A DNA stretch of 64,000 bases from Basidiobolus meristosporus CBS 931.73. Lineage: Eukaryota > Fungi > Basidiobolomycota. The notes beneath the pieces were generated by a model, which made no database searches, had not been told where the DNA came from, and saw only the letters and a list, made by a program, of their open reading frames with translations. This document shows, piece after piece, positions 1 through 13,099 of this stretch. Both the position numbers and the translations under genes were made by a program. The stretch's first letter is position 1; every line of letters starts with the position of its first letter. The stretch is taken from the NCBI GenBank assembly GCA_002104905.1, contig MCFE01000042.1, forward strand, positions 62,001-126,000, written 5' to 3'.

Positions 1-826
1 GATATTTCTATTGAGAAGCCCTCCTTGGTTGATGACATGGCCGAAGAAGATGAAGATGAGGATATATCAGACGAACAGTCTGAAGAGTCGGAAAAAGAGG
101 CCAGCTTCGAGGATGATTTCGCTAAAGTTAACAAAGAGCTTAGCACCAAGCTGCGCAAGCGTAAGAAGGTATGGATTGTTGGATTTCAGATATACTTCCA
201 GTACACTCTAACGTGAACGTTTGGATCAATAGGCGGATAACGACTTTGGTGACCTGGATATTCAAGATATTGAATCCCAATCCACCAAGAAGCGCTCGTT
301 GAGAGATTATGTAGCCAAGATCAATCAATCTTCCAACAAGCGTGACATTCGTAACAAATTTGCTGGTGATACTGATATTCCCTACAAATCACGTGACAAC
401 CGTTTCACTAAGACACTGCCCAAGAATATTGGTGGTGGTGATGATGATGACATGGCCGACTTGGGTGTGGATGACAGTGGTGAAGATGATTACTATGAAG
501 AGGTCAAGGAAGCGCTTGGCAAGAAGCGCCAGGAGAAGGCAGAACAAGCAGCCGCTGCACAAGTTAGAGAAACAGAATGGGTCGACGACACAATTGAAGA
601 CGGCGACAAGCGACAAATCAATTATGCTATCCTCAAAAACAAGGGTCTCACACCAAGACGCAAGAAGGAGAACCGCAATCCACGTGTCAAGCACAGAAAC
701 AAGTTCGAAAAGGCCAAGAAGCGCATCAAGTCTATCAAGGCAATTGCCAGTGGCCCCGAAGGAGTGTATTCTGGAGAAAAGACTGGTATCAAGACCAAAT
801 TGGCCAAGAGTGTCAAGCTCGGTTAA
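1..826 (+). CDS. SAS10: U3 snoRNP / SSU processome protein Sas10/Utp3, 3' part (5' truncated by window, intron ~170-230)
   Basis: C-terminal Sas10 motif RQINYAILKNKGLTPRRKKENRNPRVKHRNKFEKAKK...GVYSGEKTGIK; acidic stretches upstream. Confidence 0.9.
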
Positions 827-1225
827 GCCAATCTCTCATTCGTTACTTTCCATCTCTTGCTCACTTACCCTCGTCATTGTCCTATTTCTATCACGCTACT
901 TACAAGAGCTTGCCAAATCTTCCTTCCTTCATTCACTTCAACTCCCCCTCATGATTACAGCTGCTCTTGGACTAATTTCGCTTGGTCGATGATTGAATTG
1001 GAATTCTTCTTTTCTCGGACACGAGTAAGAAATCTGTAATCTTTGATACTCTCATAATGATTCCTTTGTTATAGACTTTCCCATGAAATAAATTTGCTTT
1101 TTCTGTTTCCCCGTCAACCGCTCTCATTTTCTCATGTATTTATTGTTTTATGTACTGAAATGTTGGACTACTGGCAAGTATTTTAACAATCACTAGTGGG
1201 CTGGTTGTGCCCAACACCATGAACC

Positions 1226-2687
1226 TTACACCGCTTCTTTTGGTCCATCCTCATTCGAAGGAACTGGATTCTTTACATCGGGGTCAGCGAACGGGTCTTC
1301 GAGCAGAGTGGTGTTTCTGGGCTCGCTGGTGCTTTCGTTATCCGTAGGACACTCGGTAGCGTGGATATCCAAGTTGGTCACCCCGTTTTCGAGCTCCTCC
1401 ACCGGCTCTGGGCTGTGGAGCTCCGCAGTCTCACCGGGTGGCGATGAAGTAGCAGTCTTGTTTTGACGCTGTAGAGCTTCTCGGGCCTCGCGCTGTGCTT
1501 GCTTTTCGTGGCGCTCGCGCTCCTCACGCTCTTGCTCTTCGATAATGCTTTGGCGAATCGCCTCCATGACCATCATCTCCTCCAGATCTCCCCCCATGTG
1601 GCGCAAGTAGCCGTTGTGTTCATGTGTACCGCTGGGGTTACGATTGCTGCCGCTGGGGGTTCGGGGGATGACCAAACGACGGGAGGTGTTCGAACCCTCC
1701 CCAGAAAGAAGACGAGCAGCGTTGGCTATGGTGCGAGCTTGGATTTCGAGACGACGGGCGTAATCGGGGCGAATATCATCTTTGAAGAGAGGGTGAGTTA
1801 CGGCCTCGAAATCAACCGAACCGTGCGAGTAACTGCTTACCACTAGTAACAACATCTGGGTGATTATAGTTGACAGACTTTCGACGGTGATCTTCATCAT
1901 TTGAGTCCGAACTGGCGTTCTGGTTTGGCATGGTGGGTCTCTAAATGGCAGTGTAGTTGAGGTACCGGTCAGCGTAAAGAGATGGAGCAAGTGTAAACCA
2001 TACCAAATCGGTGGATATATTGTGTGAGGTGCTTTGTGATTCGCTAGGGCCTTGGAGATAGAACATAACGTTTTGGGGTGGTTTGTAGAGGACTCCGAAA
2101 TGCGGGCGCACACAGAACGGACATCTGTATTGAAGGGGAATCAAGGAACATAACCGGAAATAGGTGGTTGGGTATGACTGAAGAGGGGGCTGCAAAAAAG
2201 ATACACTGCTGGGGTGCCAGTTGCCTCGGGTCTTTTGATTTGAACGAAGCATTCGGTGCAGATGGGCTGCTCACAGCATCTTGAGAAGTTGATGTTTCGG
2301 GGATAATACTGTACACAAGGTCATGTCAAAAGATGAGACCGCTGCTCAGACAAAAAGGTTTACCACAAATCATCTCACCAAAAAGCAGATGGGACATTCA
2401 ACCGCTCCGCGATAAAGGTCGGCCATGGTGAGCTTTGCTGTACTATCTCTAGATTTTACCGAGCCGCTGCGGTGTTTTGTTCCCTCGTGGGGGTGATTGC
2501 TGGACGGGAGGGTTTTCAGGGAATCGAGGTCAGGCAAGCCCTTGTAGAAGGCAGCTAGCCGTCGTTCTTGGATCAGCTTCTTTACCACTCTGTGATCGAA
2601 ATCCTGGGGACCAGAGTAAACGCCGTAAGGCACAAAGCCTCCACCATCTACACTCTCATCCTCTTTCTTAGTATTCACGTTCCCCAT
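1226..2687 (-). CDS. SIP5: Sip5-like protein (RING-like C-rich region), multi-exon
   Basis: MGNVNTKKE...[45 protein letters not shown]|[50 protein letters not shown]. Confidence 0.85.
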
Positions 2688-3194
2688 GATTTAGGAGGAG
2701 TTACTTTGGGAAGGGGTGTTTGCTATGTCTGGAAGGGGAAGGCGGCTTTTCTGCAAGGTCAAATTGGTTTACGCAGTTTCAGAAAAACTTGCGGAAATAA
2801 CTAGAAGCGGTACTTCAAATATCAGGTAACAACAACAAATATGAGACTAAGTAGATGGATTGAGCCGGAATGCAGCGTAGGGAATATAAAATGGGACTTT
2901 AAATCCTCCCCCCAAAACGGTTATCATCCAAGTAACCAGCCGAGTCAGGTGACCTGGATCGGGGCCTGATCAAGTTGAAGTGGCAGTAATATATCCTTGA
3001 CAAGCCATTCTGGCACATTTAGTCGAGATCTCTTGAACATTTGGTAAGAACGGGCTGAAGCATCATAATATACATGACATTGAATGGACGTAATATATAC
3101 AAAGAGATTGTGCGAGTGTGTAGAGTCGCAGTGGAAGATAGACCAAGGGGAGTGCTACCGGCTATGAATCTCTAAACTCTAACAAGGCATGCTT

Positions 3195-3814
3195 TTATTC
3201 CCGGTAAACAATATGTGAATAGTGCCCAGGAACCGCCCGCTGGCATTTACTACAATCCTTCTGAAATCCGAAAACCAGCATTTTTTGCTTGGGAGACTGA
3301 GGTCCGGGTCTATCTGTAGTCTACATCCAACGATATTAGAGAATGGGCAGATATGCCATTGGCTGAGAAAGGATGAAGGGCTTACTGTTGCTGTCTTGCT
3401 TAGGGCTTCGTCCCGCTCTAATTCTATATATTCGTTCTTATCCACATCCATGCCCAAAGCTTCTACTTTGAGATGCTCTTCAGGGTTTGCTTTAGCCGTG
3501 GGTTCGGCGAGCCGTGTCTGAGATTTCATTAGGTTTAAATATTCCATAGTATTGTGTAAAGGTGTGTGAGGCGAAGAAGGGGCAGCGTTCGCAAGCTCCA
3601 GGTCCTTTGAATACTGGAAGTCTGGTGGGCAAGTGTTGTGTCGTTTCTACAAATGGGTGGCTTCAGTTAGCTATATTTTATGGTAAGCCTGAATGCGGGC
3701 GGTTAGGGCGACCGACACACTGGAGACGGAACTTACGTTTTGTTGTGAGCCTTCATAATAATCGATCTGGCCAAGAAGCCTTTTACGAAGGTTAGAGTTT
3801 TGATATGTCATCAT
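3195..3814 (-). CDS. Small 3-exon protein (~154 aa) with C-terminal FGFQKDCSKCQRAVPGHYSHIV motif
   Basis: Exons 3814-3737, 3646-3386, 3320-3195 joined in phase by GTAAGT/GTAAGC...TAG introns; C-x2-C-x3-VPGH-x2-H resembles a motif I recall from uncharacterised fungal proteins. Confidence 0.7.
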
Positions 3815-4165
3815 GATGGGGGAAGTGGAAGATGGGCAATAGATAAGAATCAAACAACAATGCAAAGGTTTCGAAGTGCCATGTGGAAGTGGGGAAAGAA
3901 GAGAAGAAAAATATTTAGTGTATACAAATAGGCGAGCTATCAGCGTTTTCTTGTTTAGAATATTTTGATGAAGTGCATGCGATCTTGATCAGAAACGATT
4001 TTGAACAAATTCTAATTTGTTGGGTGCCAACCAACCCATCACATGGCGAGGCTTGTCATGTCTTGTCTTGGTGCTTTAATTATCAATCTGTTACAGGAGA
4101 GAATAATTGGAAGGATGTGATAAATATGAATGAATCTAGTGAGTTATATGCCAACAGAACACAAT

Positions 4166-4944
4166 CTACTGTGCGGATTTTTTAGGCTTCAACCATTCCT
4201 TGGGGAAGGCAAGGTTCTTCTTGGGCTGGGAATGGGCCTGGAGGGGGATGTCGGCAAATGAATCCGAGGGATTCTGAGAAATCCGAGTTAATAGAGGCTC
4301 ACTCAATGCATTCTACCGAGGATCATTACCTTAGAATGCTCGATAAGCTTATCCAACAAATCCGATGCATGCTTGTAGTTCTGCTCGCGTAGACGGTACT
4401 TCTCGCAGGACAGTTTGAGTTCGTTCTTATCAGCGTTGTAGCGAGGGCCGGCAAGCAGGAAAAGTTTGTGCTTTTGAGTAGCATCAAGGTTAAGGTCGTC
4501 AACGTTGACGGTCAATACCACCTTGCGGGCATTAGGATGGTCTTCGCCAAAATACTCGGTGGTTTTGTAAGCAACAACCTTTCCGACGGACTTTGGTGGG
4601 ACAAAAGGCTTTTGGAATTCTGTAAGCGTAGGGGGGGGGTTGAGTAGGTGATTTGTTAGCATATATCCGAAATAAAAATGCTTACTGGCAAGCTGGGGCA
4701 GTTCGTATTGAGCCTTCTTCAAGTAAGATCTGACATCACGAATGTTCTCAAGCATGTTGTGGCCAAACCAGGTGTGGTCGTTGAAATCATAATCGGGCAG
4801 GTCACCAACGTCTTGTTCGGGAAGCTTGTTACCAGCTCCGGGCTTTGCACGGGCAAGCGCGGTCGAGGTTACAGAAATATGACGCTTGGCCAGCGTGCCA
4901 ATTCGGAGAAGTTGGCTGAGACTGGTTCTAGTGCAAGGATTCAT
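4166..4944 (-). CDS. RSM24: Mitochondrial small-subunit ribosomal protein Rsm24/mS35-like
   Basis: Basic Ser/Thr-rich presequence-like N-terminus; HPNARKVVLTV..DDL.L...KHKL.LLAGPRYN and C-terminal FPKEW; introns 4685-4620 and near 4330-4275. Confidence 0.8.
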
Positions 4945-5567
4945 TCTGATTCTACGCTTGAAAATAAAACAGTGCTTTAGAAACGGAGGCACAAACACCA
5001 CGACTAGGTCTCTTCCCAACCTGAATAAATGGCTACAACCACGCTCTTGTCAGATAAAGCAAAGATTCAAATATTTCCACATAGTGAGAAAATTTCTTAA
5101 ACTACCAAGGAGATGATTTGAATGAATGGAGGGTTCATGCGATTTTGGGGACCGTCCATATTTGGACAGTGATTGTAATGATCAATGTCGGGGGTTATCC
5201 TCAAAAGAAAGCCATTATTAGCAAGAGAAGCACATCAATTGTTCTGCTCCAAGCCTGAAATAGCACATTCTTTGTTTCTGCTCCTGGCCTGAATCTAAAT
5301 TCCCGTTCGTTGTGAACGGTAATGGGAGTGAGTGGCGATCAATGGCTTTATGTTGAAGGTGCAGTTGTTGCATCCATGGGCCATTTCAAACAAATTCGAT
5401 ACAATCGCCTATAGTTCGGGGATATACAACGGGATGGTCATGAAACGGCTGGGCTATTTATATGAATGGTCTGCTTGGAATCCAGCGGCACTGGTTGACA
5501 TATTGGTGGAATTGAACCATAGAGCGAGTATTTAAATAGACATTCCTTTACAAATCTCTAATTAGAC

Positions 5568-6395
5568 ATGCTTGAGCAATCATCGGCCCAGAATCTCTTG
5601 ACCAAATACTTCCGTGCCTCCAATTCTGATCTAAAATCTAGTTGTGTTGCCTCCAATTCTGCCCTAAAATCTAGTTGTGCTGCCTCCGATCTAAAGCCAA
5701 GCGTCGCCACAACAAATGCCCCGCCCAGCATAACAGAAGATGCTGCACATCAACTTAGACGACACTTGATAGGTATGCTGAGTCATTGGCTGCGACTAGT
5801 CATTCCGGGCTAATGTAGATATCCTGTAGAGATTGCTGCCAAGATAGTCAACTGCCTATTCCAGTGCGGGAAATCCAAAGCACTGGAGTCGGAGGAGCAA
5901 GAGCTCCCGAAGCTGACAGATTTCATTCATCGCCTGCTGCGTCGCACGAAGCTCTCCAACAACAACCTCCTCACAGCGTTGATCTATCTCATCCGGCTGA
6001 AGCAACGCCATCCCGGGTGTAAGGGGGCATATGGCTCGGGCCATCGACTCTTCTTGGCTGCCATAATATGCGCCAACAAGTATCTTCACGATGACGCTTA
6101 CCATAATAAGTCCTGGGCAATAGCGGCAAATGGCTTGTTTACGTTGAGCGAAATCAATCAGATGGAGTCTGAGCTATTGTACTACCTGAACTTCAAGCTG
6201 GTTGTTACCAAGGAGCAATGGCTGGACTTTCTGACATTAATGGAGCCCAAACTATTAAAGAGTTGGGCTCGTCAGGACTACCATGGCCCTAGCGATTATC
6301 TCCTCAGTACCTGTACTGCCAACATCGATGGCCCGTTGGGCAACCTAAATCAAGGTATGCGGCCTTTGCGTTCTGCGCCTCCTTCTTTACACTAA
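5568..6395 (+). CDS. Pho85-type (PCL/PHO80 family) cyclin; 3' end uncertain
   Basis: LPKLTDFIHRLLRRTKLS...LLTALIYLIRLK...HRLFLAAIICANKYLHDDAYHNKSWA; intron ~5773-5819. Confidence 0.8.
5616..5696 (+). repeat. 33-bp tandem duplication (~2.5 units) in cyclin N-terminus
   Basis: GCCTCCAATTCTG(AT/CC)CTAAAATCTAGTTGTG(T/C)T repeated; encodes ASNSDLKSSCV-ASNSALKSSCA-ASDLK. Confidence 0.8.
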
Positions 6396-6849
6396 CAACA
6401 CCTCACTTAAGAGAAACCGCCCGTAGCCCCAGCATATATAGATATTGGCAGTGTCGTGAAGAACCTGGACCTGGCATTACTGGGTGGGAACAAGGAGCGA
6501 CGTACGAGTGTCCCGACCTTGCCACCAGTTTGGGAGCTTTTGGCACAGCAGAATACAAGATATCCATAGATATAAATAGACCGCTTAAAGTCAGCTATTT
6601 CTAACCACATGTTCGTGCTATCCTAACCTTGCAGTAGATATTGTCCAAGATGTACATATATAATCACTATTTAAACGGAATTAAAATCTAAATCAGCCAG
6701 CGTTTTCTAGGTCCATCTATGAATTACTCAATTCCACAGTCCAACCGCAGTAACCGGTGCGCTTCTTGGCAAGAGGCTATTTATCAGCTACCAGGGAGCG
6801 GTCTCCTCCAGTTCTTTTCATTCCTTTAATATCTATTGCGAGATCAGCC

Positions 6850-9294
6850 ATGTCCGAAAAAGTTAGTGTTTATTTATACGACCTTTCCAGAGGATTAGCT
6901 AGTTCCTTGTCCGTTCCTCTGGTCGGGAGACAAATCGGTAAAGTTTAGCTCGTCGTGGGCAACAAATCAGCTTGACCTTACCTTGAACCTTTCTCCAGAT
7001 GGAATCTGGTAATTAGGGAAATCAGTGGCTTGATCGCTCACGTATCTGAACGTATGCCGTGTTGCTATTTAGGCATACCTCTATAGTTGTTTACGGTAGA
7101 GAATACTATTTCGGACAAGGAATCATTCATATCTACCCGGTACCCTGTGACGTTGCCTTATTTTCCAAACTACCTAGCTAATTGACATCTATAGGGTACG
7201 ACACACCACGGGGAGCCTTTGAGAGTCCTTGACATGGGCTCAACCGAAGTGCCCAAAGAGCTGTTCTTGGAATACATCGAGCAGCTCAAAAATGTCTACA
7301 CGTAAGCCCATGCAACGAGAGACTGCTTCACTTGACTAGGCGTAACTTTTGATGTACTGTGCCTAGGGCCGATAAATATCATCTACTGGACAACAATTGC
7401 AACACTTTCACCAACGAAGTCTGTCAGTTCTTGACTGGAAAGACTATCCCTGATTACATCACTGGTAAGCTTGTGGTTCTTGGCTCGCAAGAAGACAGCC
7501 CGTTAACGCCTTACGCTCTCTCAGGACTCCCCCAGGACTTCCTAAACACGTAATATGCCGATCATGAGCCATCTAGCGTGAACTCCATTATTCATCGCCA
7601 TTTATTGCACCTTAGACCTCTGGGCCAACAGCTGCGCCCACTTATCGATGGATTTTTCAGACCTGGCAGCCAGAGCGCTTTCATCCCATCAGTCTCTACT
7701 GCTGACGATCAGAACCGACAGGCCCAGCAGGTGGCAACCGAGGAGACGCACGCCGGACTTCTCACATATCCAGACACAGTAAGAGCGGCAGATGCGTTCG
7801 TCAAAGATCACCATGCAAGTGTTCTGTATTTTGGCCAAGCGGAGTCACCGGAATGCCAGCATTTGGAGCCCGAATTTATCCATTTGATCGGACAATACTC
7901 AAAGATCCCCGGCAAAACCATTCATGTCGCCAAGATCGATGTCAAGCGGCACACCGATATCGCCTACGTCTATTCTGCTCGATCTTGTCCACTGATTAAA
8001 TTCTATCTCAAGGGAGAGAAGGTAGTGCCGAGATCTCCGTATCTTTGTCCTGTGATGCTGACCAATTTCGTATCCAGATCAATGAGATCACCCAGCCAAC
8101 CGCTGCTCTGCTCGATAATGCTCTAAAGGCTTTGTACCGACTAGCATATCCTGGTGTGTACGCTCGATTGATGATGTCCCATCGGCCCTCACTAAATCCT
8201 TGTTTCACATTGAACAGCTCATGACCATTTGACTTTGTCCACGAGCACCTTGGAAGCCCTATCGATTTCTCCTATCCAGTGGCCAGAGCGGGAATCTCTG
8301 GCGGAGCTAAAGAAGCTTGCGGGAGAAATGATTCCTAGCTGGACACCTCGCGACGACGCATCTCTTACAACCTTGAAGTTACTTGAAGGTGACGAAAAGG
8401 CCGATCAACAAGAGGTGGCGCAAACCATCGGTAGGCTTCCATAGCTATATTATCCGAGAGAAACGACTGCTAACAGATGAGCCCGCAGTGAAGTTGATTG
8501 ATGCATCGTTGGCAAAAAACTCGGTAGCGTTGGAGGTACTCTCCGAAGTTGCTTTACAAAGTGATGGCGTAAAGGAAATCCTGGCACACGCCGAGCAGCT
8601 CTACGCCATCTTCGAAAAAGACCGATGGACAGACGAGCACGCATTTGTTAGGAAGTCCGTTTTGCATCTGGTAAATTGCCTCGCGCTCGTGTATATCCTC
8701 CGCCACTCTACTCACAATCCCTCAGGCCTGCTCTCTGCTCTCGTCGATCCAAGGGGCCCGTGCGATTCTCACCAAGATGGAGCCACGTCGATTGGTTACC
8801 GAGCTTCTGGTCGACTGCTTACTTGTCGAAGAGGAGGAGATTCGCAAGGCGGCCAGCTTTGTTTTGTATAATATAGCCGTCTGGATCGGACAGGATAGAA
8901 GACAGACATTCGAATTGATCGACCTACCGGAGGGGGTAGCCTTCTCAAATGAAGACACCGAATCGTGGTTGGTCGAGTTGGTCAGTGCCGCTGTCTCCGC
9001 AGTTGAGATGACCACCACAGCTCAAGGTTAGTTGGGGAATGTCGGGTTTGTTGCTCCATAAAATGCACTCTAACTGGCTTCTCACCTTTAGATGCTGGAC
9101 TTGCTCAGAATCTAATTACCTCCCTTGCGCACCTTTTGTTCCTTGGTGATGCTACTGTCATCTCGTTGGCTAGCATCTTGGGTCTGTCTACTTCCTTGGA
9201 GCAGATCGCACACCAAACTGCTGATGCGCCATCGGCTCCACTCATTCAAGAGATCAGTAGTTTGCTTCAGCATGGTGAAGATTTGGAAGAGTGA
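6850..9294 (+). CDS. PPPDE (DeSI-like) peptidase + thioredoxin-like + PUL-like domain protein, many exons
   Basis: VYLYDLSRG...[20 protein letters not shown] (catalytic His) and [11 protein letters not shown] (catalytic Cys); Trx-fold segment ...HVAKIDV...; helical C-terminus; last exon 9092-9294 is in frame. Confidence 0.85.
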
Positions 9295-9791
9295 TGGGAA
9301 ATTCCCTCTCTAATAAATCCGGGGCCTGAATAGAGATATCTGTATCTTGATGTACTGTGGTAATAAATCTATGTAGAATATGGATTTTACTTTGAACATT
9401 GCCAAAGCTGGGTAGGTGGTAACCTATGACTGCATCCAACGTATGTACTGTGGTGGTAACACTGAGAACTCATCTCATTGCAGCTAAGCAAAAAACTAGC
9501 CACTTGAGCTATTACCAGCCCCAAAAGCATCCTACTTCTTAGGGTTGCCCAAAAGCCTCCAAACTCTGCATACATGTTCTTGGGATCTCCCTATACATAT
9601 TCTCAGCATTGATTTTATCATGACCATGTAAAAGTATAAAAGTCCCTTTTACATTCTAAAGATCATTGAGTGAGATTCACTCAACATACTTGCTTCCCCA
9701 ATCACTTCTGATATGGCCTCTTGCAGCACAATAGGCTTAGGAAGGTCACAAGAATATGTATGCAAAGCTTGAAGCTTTTGGATGTAGTGAG

Positions 9792-10136
9792 TGTTGTAAG
9801 AGTCTTGGAGATATTGGAAGTGATTTGGAGAACAAGTAGACTATGTGGTCTTCACTTAATGATTTATTGAATGTAAAAGTAGTATTTATCCTTTTACATG
9901 GTCTTGGCATAACAAGCACATAAAATACTCTTAGGAAGGTCCCAAGAACATGTATGCAAAGTTTGGGGCTGTTTGGACAGCTTTGAGAATTTACATGCTC
10001 TGGGTACCTGGTGTTTTGATGAGAATATTCTAAGTTTCAACAAGCAATTTGATCAGTATTCTTTAAGATCTGTAGGTAATGATCTGAGTCACCAAGTTAG
10101 TTGAGTATTCAGGTGGAATTAAAAATTTTTACAACA
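9792..10136 (-). mobile_element. Copia family-A LTR (solo, ~345 bp); inverted partial copy at ~9510-9710
   Basis: TGTTG...ACAACA termini; clear similarity to LTRs at 10996, 13100 and 44045 (forward) and 13836, 22939 and 44414 (reverse). Confidence 0.75.
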
Positions 10137-10995
10137 GTATATATGCAGTTTACACCTGAACCATTCATGCAGCTTTGATATTTGCTCCTATGAAAAGTCT
10201 CAAACTTGGAATTCATCTGATTTGCAGCTGGTATTCAACTGGTGTTTTTGGTTCAAAATTTCAAATGCAATTTTTGATGGGAATAATGGGCAGCTAATTA
10301 CCAAATTTGATATGAATGGTACTTGGCCTGGTCTCCTCCTGGAGAGTTTGTTTGCTTGCCTGCTCATAAGCTAACAACAGAGATATTGAGAGTTGTCAAT
10401 ATTGAGATACTTGGAGTTCAGCTGATATTACAATGGTATTTTGCTGGCCTTTTCTTAATTTTTCCTCTTAGGGTTCCCTATGAAAAATAACTGTGATGAT
10501 CCTATCAAAAGGCTGTCACAAAACCTAGATCCTGTCACTTAGATGTATTGATGCCATAAGGACACTGCAAAAATCATTGGAAAAAAATTGCATCTCAGAT
10601 TTTGCAAAAAACTTTGTCAACCCATCTCATCACAACAGTCCCTATATTGTTTTTGATAGGTTCTCTGCCATTTGTCTCACTTTCTGATCCCAAACACTGA
10701 ATCATCTACTTCATTTGTATACATTGATTGGCTGTTGCCTCTTTTTCACACTCCTTACTTCTTGATTCAGCCAATTCTCTTACTTCTCATGCATACAAAT
10801 TGGTTTATTTCCATTGAATATTCAGATGTAGCATTATCATTGATTGCACTGACCTATACAAGTCCTTAAACCCAACACTAACATTAAGCACAACCTCACA
10901 CTCAACAAGTAATTCCATTAAAATCTACCATGCAACCAGTCTTTCTGCCATAACACCCTTTTCCCATGACTCTTGTAGGTACCCTATGACTTTAT

Positions 10996-13060
10996 TGTTT
11001 TAAGAGTCTTGTAGATATTTGAAGTGATTGGAAGAACAAGTAGATTATGTGGTCTTCACTTGGTGACTTATTTGATGTAAAAGTAGCAATTATACATTCA
11101 CATGGTCTTAGCATAGGAAATGTGTAGAATATGCTTAGGAAGTCCCAAGAACATGTGTGCATAGTTTGGGGCTGTTTGGACAACTAGAGCTATTTCATGC
11201 TCAGTGTTCCTAATATTTTGGTGAAGATATTCAAAGTAAATCATGACAAGAAATCTGGTCAGTAATCATTAAGATTTGTAGGTATCATCTAAGTGACTAC
11301 ATTTGGTGAATATTTAGGCAGAATTACAAATGTTAAAATACTACCACTCAACTAAATACTAGTCCTAATTGTGACCTAAGATATTCAAATTTGTCTCTAG
11401 CCAATGATTTGGTTAGTATGTCTGCAATCATTTCATCTGTAGGACAGTAAATTAAGTTAACAAAGTTACTCTCTATAGCTTCATGTATGAAATGATGTAT
11501 AATATCCAGGTCCTCAGTTCTAGCATGAAAAGTTAGATTTCTACCTCATTGTATACATCCTCAATTATCTTGAGATAAAGTAATTGGTGCTGTTTGACAT
11601 AAGCCTGAGTTTTGGAAAAGCTTTCTTAACCACATTGCTTTTTTTGTAGCTTCACAGGCTGCCAAATACTTGGCCTATGTGGTGGAAAGTGCTACAGTTG
11701 GTTGCTTTCTTGAATTCAATGAAATTGTTCCTTTACAGTAATTAAAGCTGTGACCTGTTGTGGAACTTCTGTCTTCTACATTTTGTTCCCAATTAGCATC
11801 AGAGTATCCTACAAGAATCTGTTCTGAATCCTTATTGGGTGTACATTACACAGAAGTCAGTAGATCTATTTAGGTATCTAAAAGTCTGTTCAACTGCTGC
11901 AGTATGATCAGATCCATAGTTCTGATTATGCTGGCTGACAACCTGCACAGAGTATAAGATATCTGGACATGTTCCAAATATGATATACATCAGACTGAGG
12001 ATCATAGATTGGTAAGGGAATTCTGACATTTTGGATGATACCAAGCTCCCTTGATTTGGTAGAGTATTGACCAAGTTATGTTTTGGCTCCATTGGGGTAG
12101 CTGCTGTTTTGCAATCTATCATTTGGTACTTTTTAAGTATATCTTGAATATACTTGGACTGGCTTAGGGTGATAGTCTGGGTACACCTGTCTATGGCAAG
12201 CTTTATCCCTAGGTAGTAACTGAGCTCTCCTATATGAGTATCTAGAACTCCGTAGGTAGGCTGGATTTAGTCTTGTCCTAGGTGGCTGTAATAAGATCAT
12301 CCACAATAGAGATAATAGCACCAGGTTTGCTCTATCTGGCTCTTAGTAGATACTACTGTTGGTAGTACTGCTTTAGAAACTCAAAGATTCCAAGTAAGAT
12401 TCTATCTTGCAGTTTCAGGCTCTTGCTGATTGTTTGAGACCATATAGAGATTTTTTAAGCTTGCAGACCAAATTGGGACTATTTTGGTCTGCAAAACCAT
12501 CAGGCTGGTCCATGTACACATCCTTGTCAAGCTCCACATTGAAGAGTGCAGTGTTGACATCTGTTAGATAATTATAAAACTGATATTTGGCTGCAATAGA
12601 AAATATTAATCTGATTGTATTAAACTTGGCCACCAGTGCAAAGGTCTCAGTAGAGTCTAGCCCTTTTGTCCCTACAAAAAATAACTAGGTCCTGCAGGTG
12701 GATTCAATCCAGATCAGCCATCAGGATCCTGCAGTGAGTCTGTCATAATGTCGGCAGCTTGGAATTATTGACACTCCACACAATCTTATGATGGGATTGT
12801 GCAACATTTTGCTGATGTAGCTGCCAAATAAAGTAGAAAATATGATGGTGCTCAAGCCATCTTTTGACAAGAAATGCATGGCATTCCAATGGTCTTGATG
12901 TGCTCTTTATTTATCTGCGCAGACCTAGCTGGCTAATACATCCTATTGCTTTTTATGGCAAGAAACTTGATAGTATTCTGATGACCTCATTGCAAACCTC
13001 TACAGGCATTATATTGATAGTATGGCAGCCTACAGCTAGTTCTGTATGAGGCTACTGTAC
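10996..13060 (-). mobile_element. Decayed Ty1/copia 3' half: LTR 10996-11340, PPT remnant, RNase H and RT pseudogene
   Basis: Minus-strand remnants ...TDVNTALFNVELDKDVYMDQPDGF...CKLKKSLYGLKQS and FPYQSMILSLMY; many stops. Confidence 0.85.
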
Positions 13061-13099
13061 CCCTTTACCAAATGGCATTTTTGTTTTTTACCCCCCCTT

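Noticed and set aside
9262-9294. Possibility that the last codons of the PPPDE gene are TE-derived
   Set aside because: Resemblance to the LTR motif GAAGTGATTTGGAG is only a few bases, and the frame ends normally.
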